Source: Corallochytrium limacisporum Hawaii (taxonomy: Eukaryota; Protista; Pluriformea). From it: 64,000 nucleotides of DNA. Location of the stretch: the NCBI GenBank assembly GCA_002811645.1, contig PDIP01000022.1, positions 27,375 through 91,374 of the forward strand. The letters are read 5' to 3'. The stretch's first letter is position 1, and every line of letters begins with the position of its first letter. A model generated the notes under the pieces. That model ran no database searches. It was not told the DNA's origin and saw only the letters and a program-made list of their open reading frames with translations. Made by a program: the position numbers and the translations under genes. This document shows positions 31,601-44,146 of this stretch, in pieces.

Positions 31601-34600
31601 GATCCGATCCCATCGTAAATGTATCCGCCATGCTTCTACTGAAATGGTAAACAGCCTGAATCCCGATGCGAAGCCCGGTACAGCCGGTGCTGCCCCACCG
31701 ACACAAGCGACTGGGCTTGGACACTTTGGTCTCCATTCTGTGCCCAAGGGCCCACCCTTGCCCCGGTGCTCTCCTGCCTGCCCGCTGCGGCCGTTATTGT
31801 TCTTTGGGGGGGGGTGGGGAGCCCTCTTTCATGCCAAACCATTATAGTTTATNNNNNNNNNNNNNNNNNNNNNNNNNNNNNNNNNNNNNNNNNNNNNNNN
31901 NNNNNNNNNTTTGGGGGGGGGGGGGGAGCCCTCTTTCATGCCAAACCATTATAGTTTATCGAGACGTCAACCGTAAGTGCGTTCCATCTCTGCCATAATG
32001 AATGTTTCACAAATTTTCTTTTAATTGATGGTCGTGATGAGGTTAGCCTGCCCCCACCCTGCCTTTCCCTCTGCTCCCGAGCTTTGACGGGAAATCAAAA
32101 GCAACAATCCGGCTCCTTAAAAAAAAAAAGGTCAAACAATTAGAGTGCACATTGGCAGGAAAAATCATAACCCTGAAGGGTTGCTCAGCAATCGTTCATA
32201 CTTTTACTACTCTGCACGCGGTGGTGGTGCATGCATCTAGGTCGTGACACGAGTGCATGGTCTATTTTCAGCTTGCACGTTGTGCATTTGGAGCTGCTCC
32301 AGACCCAAAGTTCCCTTTGCTCGTTCATCTAACCCCACCCCCCCCCCTTTCTCTCCAGGGCGGGGCCTTGTTCGGGGGTCTTTTCACGGAGCCCAAGAAA
32401 AACTGAAAAGTTTCTATTTTGACGGACTGCGGGCTCTCGAGATGTCATCGAAGTTTAGATATATCCCCTTCCCCTCATCACTGCTACGATACGCTCTCCT
32501 CTAAAGGGAGTAGCGGAATTTCATCTCGTCCAACTTCAATACCAAATGTTCAGATAAAAATGTAAATGAGGGTGAGGGTACCAGGTTTATCGATTCCATA
32601 GATATCGTGTGACATTAGAATTGCGTAGGGCGGAGAACACGCGTCACATTGACTTCCTCGTCGGGTGACGAGGGTCGGGGCTCAGCGGGGCATGCCTCTA
32701 GATTTTCATTTATCTAGTACTGAATGTGGCAAGATGTTGATCCTAAGAAAACAATCTGTGCATGCTCCCGTCAATTTTTTTGGGATCGGGAGCGCAGGCG
32801 AAACCCACGATGGCCTGCACAACCAGTCCGTCCACCACGAAGTACTGAGAAACCGAAAACCCACCGTCTGTACCCAGTACACTCACTACAGAAATTTCGT
32901 AGAATGGGGGTGTGGGTCCTCATATTATTTTCGCCGGGGCGCAGGGTCCCGCAAAAGAAATGGGCCCCCCAACTACGCCACGGGGGCCAGTAGGTTAGAA
33001 ACCGACCTAGAGAGAAAGTCCTCTACGCCAGGGGAGGTCCTGCCTCGGACGAGTGGCGAAGACAATCGATACACCTGGACCCCTCCCTAATTTTCCTTTC
33101 TTCCTCTGCGCAAGAGTTTCCATAGTCAGTGTTGACCATTGGCACATCGTTCCTTACCGATCAGATTCGAAAAGAAGGGGAGGCCGTGACACGACAAATC
33201 ACCGACGAACGTTGTAAAGCCACATGGGCACACTGAATTCGTTTTCGTTAAAGATTTGGTGCATTGCCAGAACGCTCTGGGACAACTGTTCTCCGAAAAC
33301 AGGAGGCAAGAAAAAAAAACAAAAGAAAAAATGCAACCGCGGAAGACGGACCTCGCTCGCCTGGGCGTGGCTGCCCCCACTTCAACCAGCTCAGGGGAGG
33401 GTAATATTGAACGTACTGACTATATCATTCTGAATTTATTGTTGCTGACTGTTTCAAACGGATGCAAAATAAAGACCTCAATAAGGATTTTGCAATCGAT
33501 TGCCGCTGTTGTTGCACTTCTTATATAGTCAGCGAAGTCATTCGGACGGTGGGTGGCTTCACTCCGTGTTCTTGAGAAACTACTGCATTTCTATATTCCC
33601 CTTTCCTCTCTATCCTCCAACCATTCCTTTGAAATTAACAGTTCATTGTCTATACAAAACAGTTTCTTTCTCAGACTCCAACCGCAGAGTAATGACGATA
33701 CAATGGCCCAACGGGCACCAAAAAAACAAGACCTGAAGGAGGTGCACGACCCGGCAGCAAACCAAAAATCTCCATAGTATATGTACCGAGTATATAGCAG
33801 TCAACGTGTCTGGCAACAGTAGATCCTGACTCCAGCAATATCAAGCCCAAAAAAAATTAAGCAGCCCTTGTCCCCTTACTACCCGACGGCGGTTTACAGC
33901 AACTCTAATCAAAATAACCGGGTACCAGCTACCCGATCGTCTCTGATCTTCAAACTTTCGGGAAGAGGAAAATGTCAAACTGCAATGTGGACGTTGGCGA
34001 TTTTCTGGTGGTATTTCATATACTGAATGTACTAAATTTGCAATCAGTTGGCTCCATCAATTGCTGGGTTACAAGTGTACGGGGTTCACGAAGGTCAAAA
34101 TACAAGAGAAATGGAAGAAATTTTCTTCCTCTTTTTCCTTGTGCTTTCCTTTTCCTTGTGCCCGCCTGTGCGGCTGCCAAGTATGTCTGTGTCGCTCTCT
34201 CCCCTCCCTACACCGACCCCTACTCGCCTTGTGAAACACACAGACACCCCACACACCCCGCCTCCCGTCATTTTCTGTCACCCCCCCCCGGGTGAGAGAG
34301 TGCGGGTTTTACAGGGGCTGGCTGGGTCCAGCCGCGGTGGTTTTTATCACTCTTCCTGCGGGGGTCAATCTTGCCCTGCTCTTAGCCGTTCGCACACTGC
34401 GCCGCCAAAGCAGCCGGCAGCCATAGCGGCCGAAGACGAAAAGCGAAAAAGGAATAAAAGAAAATTGGCCCAAAAAAAAAAAAACTGCGCTTGACGGAAA
34501 CTGGAGCCGGTGGTGGTGTACTGGGGCGAGCCCGAAAGAAAACTGGAGAGCCCACACCATCGGGGGCTAAGGGGCACAAAAAAGATTGACGAAGATGATG

Positions 34601-34693
34601 AAATGGTCGCCTCCTTGGTAAGTGTCACCCCACCGTCAATCCACCAAGAGTGCACCGCCCGTCCTCGAACTGCCGTTTCTTCTGTATGCACAC

Positions 34694-34716
34694 GTGTGTG
34701 TGTGTGTGTGTGTATG

Positions 34717-34748
<32 letters not shown>
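34694..34748. repeat. (TG)n microsatellite
   Basis: Seen directly. Confidence 0.9.
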
Positions 34749-35791
34749 AAATGAAACAGTGGACAACGACGTGGTGATGAAAGCCGCCTTGGCACGTCGT
34801 GCGCGGTGGAGACACTGAGGGACAACCGAGAGGGACAAGCGAGGCAGGGAAAATGATGTACATTGGGCCGGAGAAGGACACGTATCCAACACGAGCGAAA
34901 CAAAGCCCTCCGTTTTTCTCTCCCCTGTCTCATGTTTTCCCATGAGCGGCGGCAATTTCCATATATTTAGTACCAAATAAGCTTTCCCCGTTACGCACCA
35001 GTAACTTGAAATACTCGAGAACTGGAGGAAAGGGTAGGGGGGTCAGGAGGATTCACACAATCTCGGACCCCACTTCTCTCACAACCAGCAAAAAAAAACC
35101 CTTACCCGCGAGAGTCGGAGAAAAAAAAAAGAGGGAACCACCAAACCCTCCGCACGCTGGCGCAGACTCCATGTATCGGAATGGAAGACAGTAGAATGGG
35201 GAATCGCATTCAATTTGGAATGCATCATGGACTGTTTCCTGGGCAGACTGGCACAGAGAACCGCAGGATCACAGAGAGTGGGAGAAAAGTGAGCGTATAG
35301 TTCCATAGAAAATACACCCGCCGCTGGCATGAAAGATCTCTTCGTGAGCTTGCACGGAATAACGTTGACATGGCCAGAGCACAGCAAGCGGTCCGGAACT
35401 CCACTATTCGGCTGCATGGGTAGTGATGGGTCGAGGACACTGTGCTGTTGGCTGGTGGCTGATATGTATGCGCTGTGTCCTGTGCTTCTAATCTGCTGCC
35501 TGTTGTCTCACCCGGGTGATCAACGTTGTTGACATTGCAAAAGTCAAGCAAGCCTTCAGTAAGCGTTGCGGAGATAACGACGAAGGAAGGGAGGAAAGGG
35601 TTTCAAGGCGCGAGGTGAAAAAGGACAGGAAGGAAAGGAACGGAAAGGAGAGAGGTTTTTTTTAAGAACTTGTCATCAACGCACAGGCAGCCAGGAAGGT
35701 CCGTTAGCGTCATCGCCATCGCCGTCATCACCAGCACCGTCATCAGCATCGCCGCCATAAACACACGAGAACGCAAAGCACACACACACAC

Positions 35792-35795
<4 letters not shown>

Positions 35796-35848
<53 letters not shown>
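35796..35848. repeat. (CT)n microsatellite
   Basis: Seen directly. Confidence 0.9.
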
Positions 35849-35850
<2 letters not shown>

Positions 35851-38258
35851 ACCCAACTCCTGTGGCCTTCGGGCAATTTGCCTAAGGCGTACGGTGGTAT
35901 GCTTGGATGGGTTGGGCCATCATGGCATTAACATGGTCCGCCCGCGCGGGACTGTGCGATACGGAGATGTGTTCGGCGGGGACTTGGTGGGTGGATTTGC
36001 CTGTGTAGGGTAAGGTGTGCGTTTTGCGATGTCGGCAATAATAGCGAAGAATCGCCGGACAACGACATGTGATGCCCTGGCAATGGGGGTTCCGGGCTGC
36101 CGATGGCAGCCAATTAATTGCAAGCAGATCTTCGTCGGATCAAAGTGAGACCCTTGAAACGATCAAAGACTAACACACATCGGCAGAAAAATGTGACCAA
36201 TACCCGGAGTGGAGATCATTTCTTATAGCCTGAGCAAAGGAATAGTGATTATAGTATTCCTCACACTACTGAACATGACAAACTGTGGGGTATTGGATAC
36301 ATCGCATTCGTGATCCTACGTTCGGTGGTCATGGCGGGTCTGCCCCTTCTTTGCACACAGCTGACCACGAAATTCCTTTTGTGGTCCGTATATCCAACTC
36401 GTTTCGATCTGTGAGTGCCCAAAAACTCGGCCCTGGAGTATCCCGGTGCCTTTTTACTCACTTACCCAAGTGGTGCGAAGGTGGGGCCATAGAAATGGGC
36501 AGGAACTGGACCGATGGCCTTTTGTCTGATCGTGTCTCACCCGGGTCTGCCCCCATGTAACCCTTTCGCTCTCTTACTTTCCCTTCTAATGATTGAGAGC
36601 CTCGACACGTTCATGACCATCATCTTGTAGTCCCCATCAACAAGGGCAACGGCGGCGAATCTGATCTCCTTTTCTGATGGGAACAGGAGGTTTGCTCAGG
36701 TGGTTTCGTTCGAAAGTGATATGTGCTCTGAGCTCAAAACGTGCCTCATGTGACGATCTCTCGCCAATACGAAACAATGGGAATCCACTACGTGTCGTGT
36801 CCATGGCACGACATGGTGCATGATACCCATGACAAAGGCGGACGCAGTGTCCCGGATGGCTTATGTTAGCAGGTGTGTATGGCGACCGACAAAGCTGACA
36901 CGGGTTCGCGTTGTCTGAGTGCCCGGCCAACCAACCCCCTCCCAACACAAAGCCTACTACGTGCGGGTGGGGTCTCTTTTCCCAAGTGTTTCTCTTTCCC
37001 GTTGTTTGCCGTGGGTGGGTGGGCTCCCGAAGTTCGCGCGGAAAATGCAAAAAAGAAAAAAAAAAGAAAATACAGCAAAAAGAAAAAGAAAAGAAAGAAA
37101 GGAAATCTAAAAATAAAAATAAAGAAAACGATAGAGAGAGAGAGACTGTGGAAAAAAGACCATGAAAGATAAAGGGAAGCAGGGACCTCGTGGACCAAAA
37201 CCGAGGGACCCGTCCCCCCCTCCTCCCCCCCCAACACGGAGACCCGCAGGAAACAGCGGGACACTGGGTGCACGCGTGTGTGTATGGTGGGTGGGTGTGT
37301 GAGTCTCTGGTCTCCCCCTCTCTCTCTCTCTCTCTCTCCCTCTCTCTCTCTCTCTCTCGCTCGGTGTGTCGTTGCCTGAGACTCACGCCCCATATTTTTT
37401 ATTTCTGATGCCCTTTTGGAGCAACCCCGTCCGGACGGTGATTTCCCGCCCAGTGACAGGCACGGACGGGAAGACGTGCTGAGACTTTTTTGCCCCTGTC
37501 TTTTAGAGCCACCTTTGAACACTCCCCCTATTTTTTTCCATTTGAGCCTCCTGTTCTTCTGTGAACTTTTGCACGCGTTTCCCCACCGCCCACCCGCACC
37601 TCCTGTCCTTGCGGTCCTGCGTGTTATGCCACTTTCCCTTGTTTCTCTTTGGGATCCCTCCCCGCCCGCACGGTTGGATTCTCTCCACTCTGTGCCCTCG
37701 CAATAGTTTTTCTTCTACCCGCCGCCTGTGTTGTCCCTGTGTGCTGGAACCCGCGAAGGAAGGGACGGGAAGGACTCGTTTGATGCGGCCATCGGCGCGC
37801 TCGTTGGCGGCGCATGTAGACGCAAATCGTAACGTTTGCTTCAGGGTGCTTATGCGTCATAATGCTAAGATGATCACCAAGACGCAAGGCACAGCGAAGG
37901 ACGTTCAGTTTCATTCTGTCAAACAAACGGCCGGGAGATGGAGTGACAGTTTGATGCAATCCTATCGATCTGCCGTGTGTTCTATGTGCTGTCTGTTTGT
38001 TGTAGTTCCCAGGTACGGGAGCAGTTACAGTGTTCCACTGTTTGGCCTCACAGCTCCCGCCGAGGACACACAGTCTGGGAGACTGGGCTGAAAGAAAGCA
38101 CCATCGAGTTGATCACTGATGATGAGTTAGGAAAGAAGGTAGAAGAGTGCCGCATCCGTCGCTGTAAAACTATGCATGTTGACAAACAAAGACTCAACTT
38201 CTTTGTGCAAGTTCTACCATCTACAGAAACTTTTGGATTTGTATATCACACAACAACC

Positions 38259-41000
38259 ATGTCTGCATCGAGCAGCAGGACACAGAGCCCACGTGTTAGC
38301 GGCGCCTCTTTCTCCTCTAAGAGCCGGACACAGAGCCCGCGGATCCCCGGCAAGGCGGTCAAGGTGGCCGTGATCGGCAGCGGTGTGACCGGCCTGGCTG
38401 CTGCCCATCGCCTGGCTAAGGAAGGCAAGCGGAAATTCGACGTGACCTTGTATGAGGCGGACGATCGCCTGGGTGGTCATGCATACTCCAAAAAAATCAC
38501 CCATCCCGAGAACGACCAGGAATTGGACGTCGACCTCGGCTTCATGGTATTCAACCAGTACACTTATCCGGACATGCTTGAGTGGTTTGACGAGCTCGGT
38601 GTTGATCTCGAACCTAGTGACATGAGCTTCAGCGTATCCCGGCCAAACAACGGCCTCGAATGGGGCAGTGACGGCATCAATGCCCTCTTCGCTCAGAAGA
38701 GCAATCTGTTGAATCCGTCGTACTACCTTATGTTCGCAGACATGATGCGATTTAAGAGGGATGCACAAGACTTTCTGGCCTCTATAAACGGCGCCAGTGA
38801 TAATGCTGCCGAACTTCGCCGTATGACTCTGGGAGATTTCGTGAAACAGCACATCTATGGATCTTACTTTGTGAACAATTACCTGATCCCTGTCTGCGCT
38901 GCCATCTGGAGTGCCTCAATGGGCGATTCTATGAATTTCCCGGCCTTCAATATCCTGGATTTTATGAACAATCACGCCATGCTCAACCTGATCGATCGCC
39001 CTACTTGGCTCACCGTGACAGGTCGCAGCCAACAGTACGTCGCCAAGTGCGAGGCTGACCTCAGGCGGCGCGGCGTGACCATCCTGAAAAATTGTGGAGT
39101 AAAGAAGATCAAGGGCCCGGGTACCTTCTCTCCTGCTGGTCTGCAGGTGCAGGACCTCCGCGGCAAGACCTTGACCTACGACCGCATCATTCTAGCTTGC
39201 CATGCACCAGACAGCTTGGCCATGGCCAAGGATGTGCTTTCCGAAGAGCAGGCGAATGTTCTGTCGCAGTTCCGCTACACTCAGAACAAGGTCTACTTGC
39301 ATTGTGATGCCACATACATGCCTCGGGACAGGCAATGCTGGAGCAGTTGGAACTTTATGGGTACTGAGGAGGAGTCGAAACCGTTCGTCACCTACTGGCT
39401 CAATCGCCTGCAAAATCTGGACATCAGTCGGGAAGACTACAAGCCAGTGCTGGTGACTCTGAATCCGCCGGCCGAACCCGAGGACGTCCTCGATCTGTGG
39501 GTGACTGGCCATCCGACCCCAACCGTAGACTCTGCTCGAGCACAGATCGAGGCCAGGGAACTGCAAGGAATCAACGGCATCTTCTTCGGCGGAGCCTACT
39601 CCCGCTTTGGCTTCCATCAGGACGGCTACTTGGCTGGTCGCGAGATGGCTGAGCGGCTAATTGATGCCAAGCAAGCTTGGAACCCGCTGCCCCTGATCCC
39701 CAAATTTGATATCAGTTACCTGGATCAACCCTTCCAGATGCTGGTTCAGCAGTATATGGCTCAGTTTGTGCAGAAGGGGTCCTTGCGGGTGCGTGAGCTT
39801 GGTGGCTCCATGAAAGTTTATGGTGACGGTACCGAGCCCAAGGCCTCCATAGTGGTCACTGACCCAGCTTTCTATCGCAAGATTGCTCTGCGCTACGACC
39901 TCGGACTCGCAGATGCCTTCGTGGACGGCGATTTCTATATTCCTCCCGGTGCTGGTGATCTGACCGATGTCTTTGACGTGCTCATTGTTAATCGTGACGA
40001 GCAGATGGTGGCCAACGGTGGCAAGCTGCAGACAATGCTCACCAATGTAATCGGGGGCACCATGTCACGCATCGAGCACTACCGTCGCTCTAATGTCGAA
40101 GAGCAGACCCGCAAGAACATTGCTGATCACTACGACCTGAGCAATGACATGTTTGGCCTCTTTCTCGACGAGACCATGACCTACTCGTGTGGGATTTACC
40201 GTAAGCGCAGTGACTCTCTGTATCAGGCCCAGCTGAACAAACTGGACCACCTGATCGACAAGGCTCGCATCCCAACCGATCGCCCTGTTGAGGTTCTGGA
40301 GGTGGGCATGGGCTGGGGGTCCCTGTCCATCCGCCTGGCCCAGCGCTACCCCAACGCTGTGGTTACCGGTCTGACCCAATCCAGTGAACAGAAGGAGTAT
40401 GCAGACGCCCTGATCCTAAAGCTGGGGCTCTCCGAACGCGTCTCTTATGAGTTAGTTGACTACCGTGTCTTTGGTCGCAAGACGCAACGTCAGTTTGATC
40501 GCATCCTTAGCTGCGAAATGATGGAGGCTGTGGGCCATGAGTTCCTGCCTGATTTCTTTGGAAACATGGACCGTCTCCTGAAGCGGGATGGCGTCATGGT
40601 GGTGCAGGTGATTTCTGTGCCGGAGGAGCGATATGCGAACTACCTCCAAACTGTGGATTTCATCCAGGAGTACATCTTCCCCGGATCATGCTGCCCATCC
40701 CTGGCTGCCGTGATTGCAGCCATGGAGAAGGGATCTAATTTCAGCGCTGAGCATGTTGAGAACATTGGACCACACTACGCCAAGACTCTGCGCCAGTGGT
40801 GGAACCGATTCAATGCCAACGCCGACAAATTACAGTCCCTCGGCTTTGGTGAGAAGTTCTTGCGCGCCTGGGAGTACTACTTCCTGTACTGCGAAGCTGG
40901 ATTCAAGACCCGCACAATCAGCGACTACCAGATTGTATTTAGCCGTCCTGGTAACGTGGAGAATCTTGGCATCGTAGAATATCCTCGCAATGTCTTGTAG
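38259..41000 (+). CDS. Fused FAD-dependent oxidoreductase + cyclopropane-fatty-acyl-phospholipid synthase (SAM methyltransferase), ~913 aa
   Basis: Rossmann VAVIGSGVTGLAAA, YEADDRLGGHA, VDLGFMVFN, GFHQDG; CMAS motifs IADHYDLSND, TMTYSCG, VLEVGMGWG, EMMEAVG, FIQEYIFPG, HYAKTL, WEYYFLYCEAGF; probable start ACAACCATG at 38259. Confidence 0.93.
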   Translation: MSASSSRTQSPRVSGASFSSKSRTQSPRIPGKAVKVAVIGSGVTGLAAAHRLAKEGKRKFDVTLYEADDRLGGHAYSKKITHPENDQELDVDLGFMVFNQYTYPDMLEWFDELGVDLEPSDMSFSVSRPNNGLEWGSDGINALFAQKSNLLNPSYYLMFADMMRFKRDAQDFLASINGASDNAAELRRMTLGDFVKQHIYGSYFVNNYLIPVCAAIWSASMGDSMNFPAFNILDFMNNHAMLNLIDRPTWLTVTGRSQQYVAKCEADLRRRGVTILKNCGVKKIKGPGTFSPAGLQVQDLRGKTLTYDRIILACHAPDSLAMAKDVLSEEQANVLSQFRYTQNKVYLHCDATYMPRDRQCWSSWNFMGTEEESKPFVTYWLNRLQNLDISREDYKPVLVTLNPPAEPEDVLDLWVTGHPTPTVDSARAQIEARELQGINGIFFGGAYSRFGFHQDGYLAGREMAERLIDAKQAWNPLPLIPKFDISYLDQPFQMLVQQYMAQFVQKGSLRVRELGGSMKVYGDGTEPKASIVVTDPAFYRKIALRYDLGLADAFVDGDFYIPPGAGDLTDVFDVLIVNRDEQMVANGGKLQTMLTNVIGGTMSRIEHYRRSNVEEQTRKNIADHYDLSNDMFGLFLDETMTYSCGIYRKRSDSLYQAQLNKLDHLIDKARIPTDRPVEVLEVGMGWGSLSIRLAQRYPNAVVTGLTQSSEQKEYADALILKLGLSERVSYELVDYRVFGRKTQRQFDRILSCEMMEAVGHEFLPDFFGNMDRLLKRDGVMVVQVISVPEERYANYLQTVDFIQEYIFPGSCCPSLAAVIAAMEKGSNFSAEHVENIGPHYAKTLRQWWNRFNANADKLQSLGFGEKFLRAWEYYFLYCEAGFKTRTISDYQIVFSRPGNVENLGIVEYPRNVL

Positions 41001-41299
41001 AGCTTAAATCTTTAGGACATTACTGATTGATGCACCTTTGAGTCTTATTAGGTACAACACTGGATCAGCAGAACCACTCCAGCACAACGAGTTTGAAGTT
41101 TTTAAATTTGTCATATTACAATTGTACAATTAGGAATCCCACCACAGTGCTTCGCAACCGTGTAACTTGACCAGCATGCAATGCTGCTCTGTGCCAATGA
41201 CCAAGGGACTCCAAATGCTTGCCACTGCAGTGTCTATGGGCATGGACATTGGTATGATGGTTTTATTGGGGTTGTTTTTGATGGTAAGTCTACTTCTAA

Positions 41300-41974
41300 C
41301 TATACCAGTTTCTTCTGCTTGAAGAAGCCAGTCAGGTGCCGTGTCTGCCAGAATCCGACACCTAGCAAAATCACCAGCTGAATGATGGACCACCAGAAAA
41401 CACGGTCCAGGGTGGACTCACTAATACTCCGGAAGCGAGTTTCCCGGAACCGCTGGTAGTGCTGCTCCTTAATGATCTGATCCGCCTGTCCCATGAGCTG
41501 ACGCACCCGCAGCTGTAGCTGAGATAGACGCTCTTCCCGCGCAATCTCTTCATAGTTGACGGTGTCCTCGCCGGTCTCAATATTAAAGAACACTCGCATT
41601 TTGGCGCTCCTGCCAAAGAACCCTGCATTGCCCATGCTCAGGCAAATTATGTGCTCCCCGTTGTCATGGGAAGTGAAGAGAAATTTGCCCTCACCAAAGA
41701 AATCCTTCTTCACCAGTACTTCACCGCCCGGTGACTCTGCTTCAAGATGCACTGCTCCATTGTCTTCGTCAAAGACAAAGCGTTTCGCCTCCTCGTCCCA
41801 CAATTCCACGCGGTAGGTGCCCCGTACTTCCGTATCTACCGGCACTTCTTCAAGGAAACACTTCTGATCCCCAGATCGGAGGGGGAAACTCAGGGCCTTG
41901 GTACCCACTACCAGACAACACAACACCACAAACAGGGCGGTCAGTGGCCCGAAATAACGAACTCTGTGAGTCAT
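41300..41974 (-). CDS. TMED9: p24-alpha (TMED9/TMED4/gp25L-like) cargo receptor, 224 aa
   Basis: Signal peptide; GOLD KCFLEEVP..GEHIICL; LSQLQLRVRQL; RFRSISEST; TM helix; C-terminal FFKQKKLV. Confidence 0.9.
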   Translation of the reverse strand: MTHRVRYFGPLTALFVVLCCLVVGTKALSFPLRSGDQKCFLEEVPVDTEVRGTYRVELWDEEAKRFVFDEDNGAVHLEAESPGGEVLVKKDFFGEGKFLFTSHDNGEHIICLSMGNAGFFGRSAKMRVFFNIETGEDTVNYEEIAREERLSQLQLRVRQLMGQADQIIKEQHYQRFRETRFRSISESTLDRVFWWSIIQLVILLGVGFWQTRHLTGFFKQKKLV

Positions 41975-42784
41975 ACTTTTCTTTGTACGAAATGAATACT
42001 ATATTGTGCCTGTGCACAATAATCACTTAGACTTTTGTTGATCACAATCACTAAGCCACAATGACATTCACTGTTTGATCTACCTCCTTTTGTGTTGCCT
42101 GCCGCAAAATAACAACAATCGCTGCACCTGACCTCAACAACAACACCACCGTCCCCCATCACCGGCAACAGTAGAAAATGTATTGCAGAGGTGGACCGCG
42201 GACCTGGGCAAAAGAGATACCATAGCTAGGTAAAAAGGGGGGAGGGTGGCTGTTTTGCCTTTTCGCTGCTTAAGCAGCGGGCCAAGTAAGAGCGGCCGGA
42301 CTGTTGGGGGCCGGATTATTCCAGCACACCGGCCCACATCCGGAGCAAATGGCAAGACCAACCACCCACGGGACCACTGCACTTCGGGCTGTTATGGCAT
42401 AGTGAACGTACTGGGAACTGGTGCGGCCAGGGGTGAACCAGCTTTTTGGCGAGGCAGAGGGAAGAAGGCAGGTGATCACGTCTGCATTGCCGCTCCATTG
42501 CGGGTCTCGACCCCGTGTGTGCGAGAGAAGGGGGCCAATCCAATCGAATACTAAAGGAGGGGGGAGTGTGCCGGCTTTCGCCGGGTATGCCCGCCCCCCA
42601 CCCTTGGAGCACGCTGAGCCGCCGCTACGACTGCGCGTGTGACTCACTCATAAGCGGGCATTGGAAAGGTACTTTTAAGAGCTGAACGACTAGATAACGC
42701 AAAAATTATTCGTAAGGATTTGATATTCTATCCGCCACGGAATACGATCTGTTGTTTAGAGACAGACCGGGGATCCAGAGTCAT

Positions 42785-42976
42785 ATGCGCATTCCGAACT
42801 GTGTGGCGGTCAATCGTAAGCGGTTCCCTGCCATCTATACGCAGGTGCGCACACAGTCGTCCAGCTCTAACAGGAAAGACTTTTTCAAGAGAAACGGTAC
42901 CAACCTCTTGTTTGCCGCCACCTTCATCCTTCTCGCTGCTAGTGTCGGCTACCGTAACTTGCAGAAGTCCAAATAA
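42785..42976 (+). CDS. Putative 63-aa single-pass mitochondrial microprotein
   Basis: ATG at 42785; acid-free, Arg-rich N-terminus ending VRTQS; one hydrophobic helix NLLFAATFILLAASVGY; basic tail. Confidence 0.5.
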   Translation: MRIPNCVAVNRKRFPAIYTQVRTQSSSSNRKDFFKRNGTNLLFAATFILLAASVGYRNLQKSK

Positions 42977-43033
42977 GTCCTAGTTGACCGCAATCAACTT
43001 GTTTCACAAACTCATATCACCGTGATTTCCAGA

Positions 43034-43624
43034 ATGGTTCAAAGGCCCCTGGTGCTGTCGGGACCTTCAGGGAGTGGCAAGAGCACCTTGTTAAAGAAAC
43101 TCCTGGCTGACTTCCCTTCGGCCTTCGGTTTCAGTGTAAGCCATACCACCCGTCAACCGCGACCGGGAGAGGAGCATGGAAAGGACTACCATTTCACAAA
43201 CAAGGACGATATGTCAGCCGCTGTGGAAAGTGGAGACTTTATTGAGAGTGCTCATTTCAGTGGTAACTTGTACGGAACATCAAAGAAGGCTGTAAAGGAT
43301 GTGCAGGCCACTGGAAAGATCTGCATTCTCGACATTGATATGCAGGGTGTAAAGAGTGTAAAGAAGACCGATCTCAATGCAGTCTTCATTTTTGTGCGTC
43401 CTCCTGATGCTGGCACCCTCGAGCAGCGCCTCCGAGGCCGTGGCACCGAGAGCGAGGAGGCGGTAGTCGCCCGCTTGACCCAGGCCAAGGCGGAGATGGA
43501 GTACGCTGACGGTGCGGGTACCTACGACATCCAAATCATTAATGACGACCTCGACGCAGCATATGCCAAGCTGAAATGTTATGTCACTAAAATCTACCCG
43601 ACTCTGAAGGAGAATAGCAAATGA
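43034..43624 (+). CDS. GUK1: Guanylate kinase, 196 aa
   Basis: P-loop [53 protein letters not shown]. Confidence 0.97.
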   Translation: MVQRPLVLSGPSGSGKSTLLKKLLADFPSAFGFSVSHTTRQPRPGEEHGKDYHFTNKDDMSAAVESGDFIESAHFSGNLYGTSKKAVKDVQATGKICILDIDMQGVKSVKKTDLNAVFIFVRPPDAGTLEQRLRGRGTESEEAVVARLTQAKAEMEYADGAGTYDIQIINDDLDAAYAKLKCYVTKIYPTLKENSK

Positions 43625-44146
43625 GAGTCGCAAAAAGACGATGACGTCAAGAAGGGGGACAGTGCAATGACCACCGGGTCAGTGATTAGTGCATGGTGGC
43701 AATCCTCAGCCATGTAACCGACGTGGATCACACTTGGGTCGTGTATCACACTCATTATCACGTAGGAGTGGTATCTTGCCTTAGAATAGTAAAACATGTA
43801 TACACAAACCACCATTCTGTAGTTGTTCAATTGCGTTCCCTTTCTTCGATGCACAATGAGTGATGGCTGATGAGCTCATTTGGCCTGATCCCCTGTTTCG
43901 GCGATGCTTCCGCTGAGAGAGTACCGCCACCACTCTGCCCACCACCAACCCCCTCCCCCGCGGGGAGGGGTTTCCAATTCCAGGGGAACTTCAGCTTGCG
44001 ACCTGTCCCAGATCGAAATAGCCAGTTCGTTGCTCCATTGGAGGTATTCATTGCAATGTAAATTTTGTATATGCACAGTTGGTAGTACGTTCTCAGCATG
44101 CGTCAGAAACACAGGAATAGATCAGAGTGAATGTAGATTAGATGCC

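Noticed and set aside
37977-38258. N-terminal extensions in the ORF track for the CFA fusion (also 43904 TELO2, 49980 APMAP, 54970 TTI1, 23457 PDHB)
   Set aside because: Mostly non-ATG starts or non-protein-like sequence; downstream ATGs fit context and homology better
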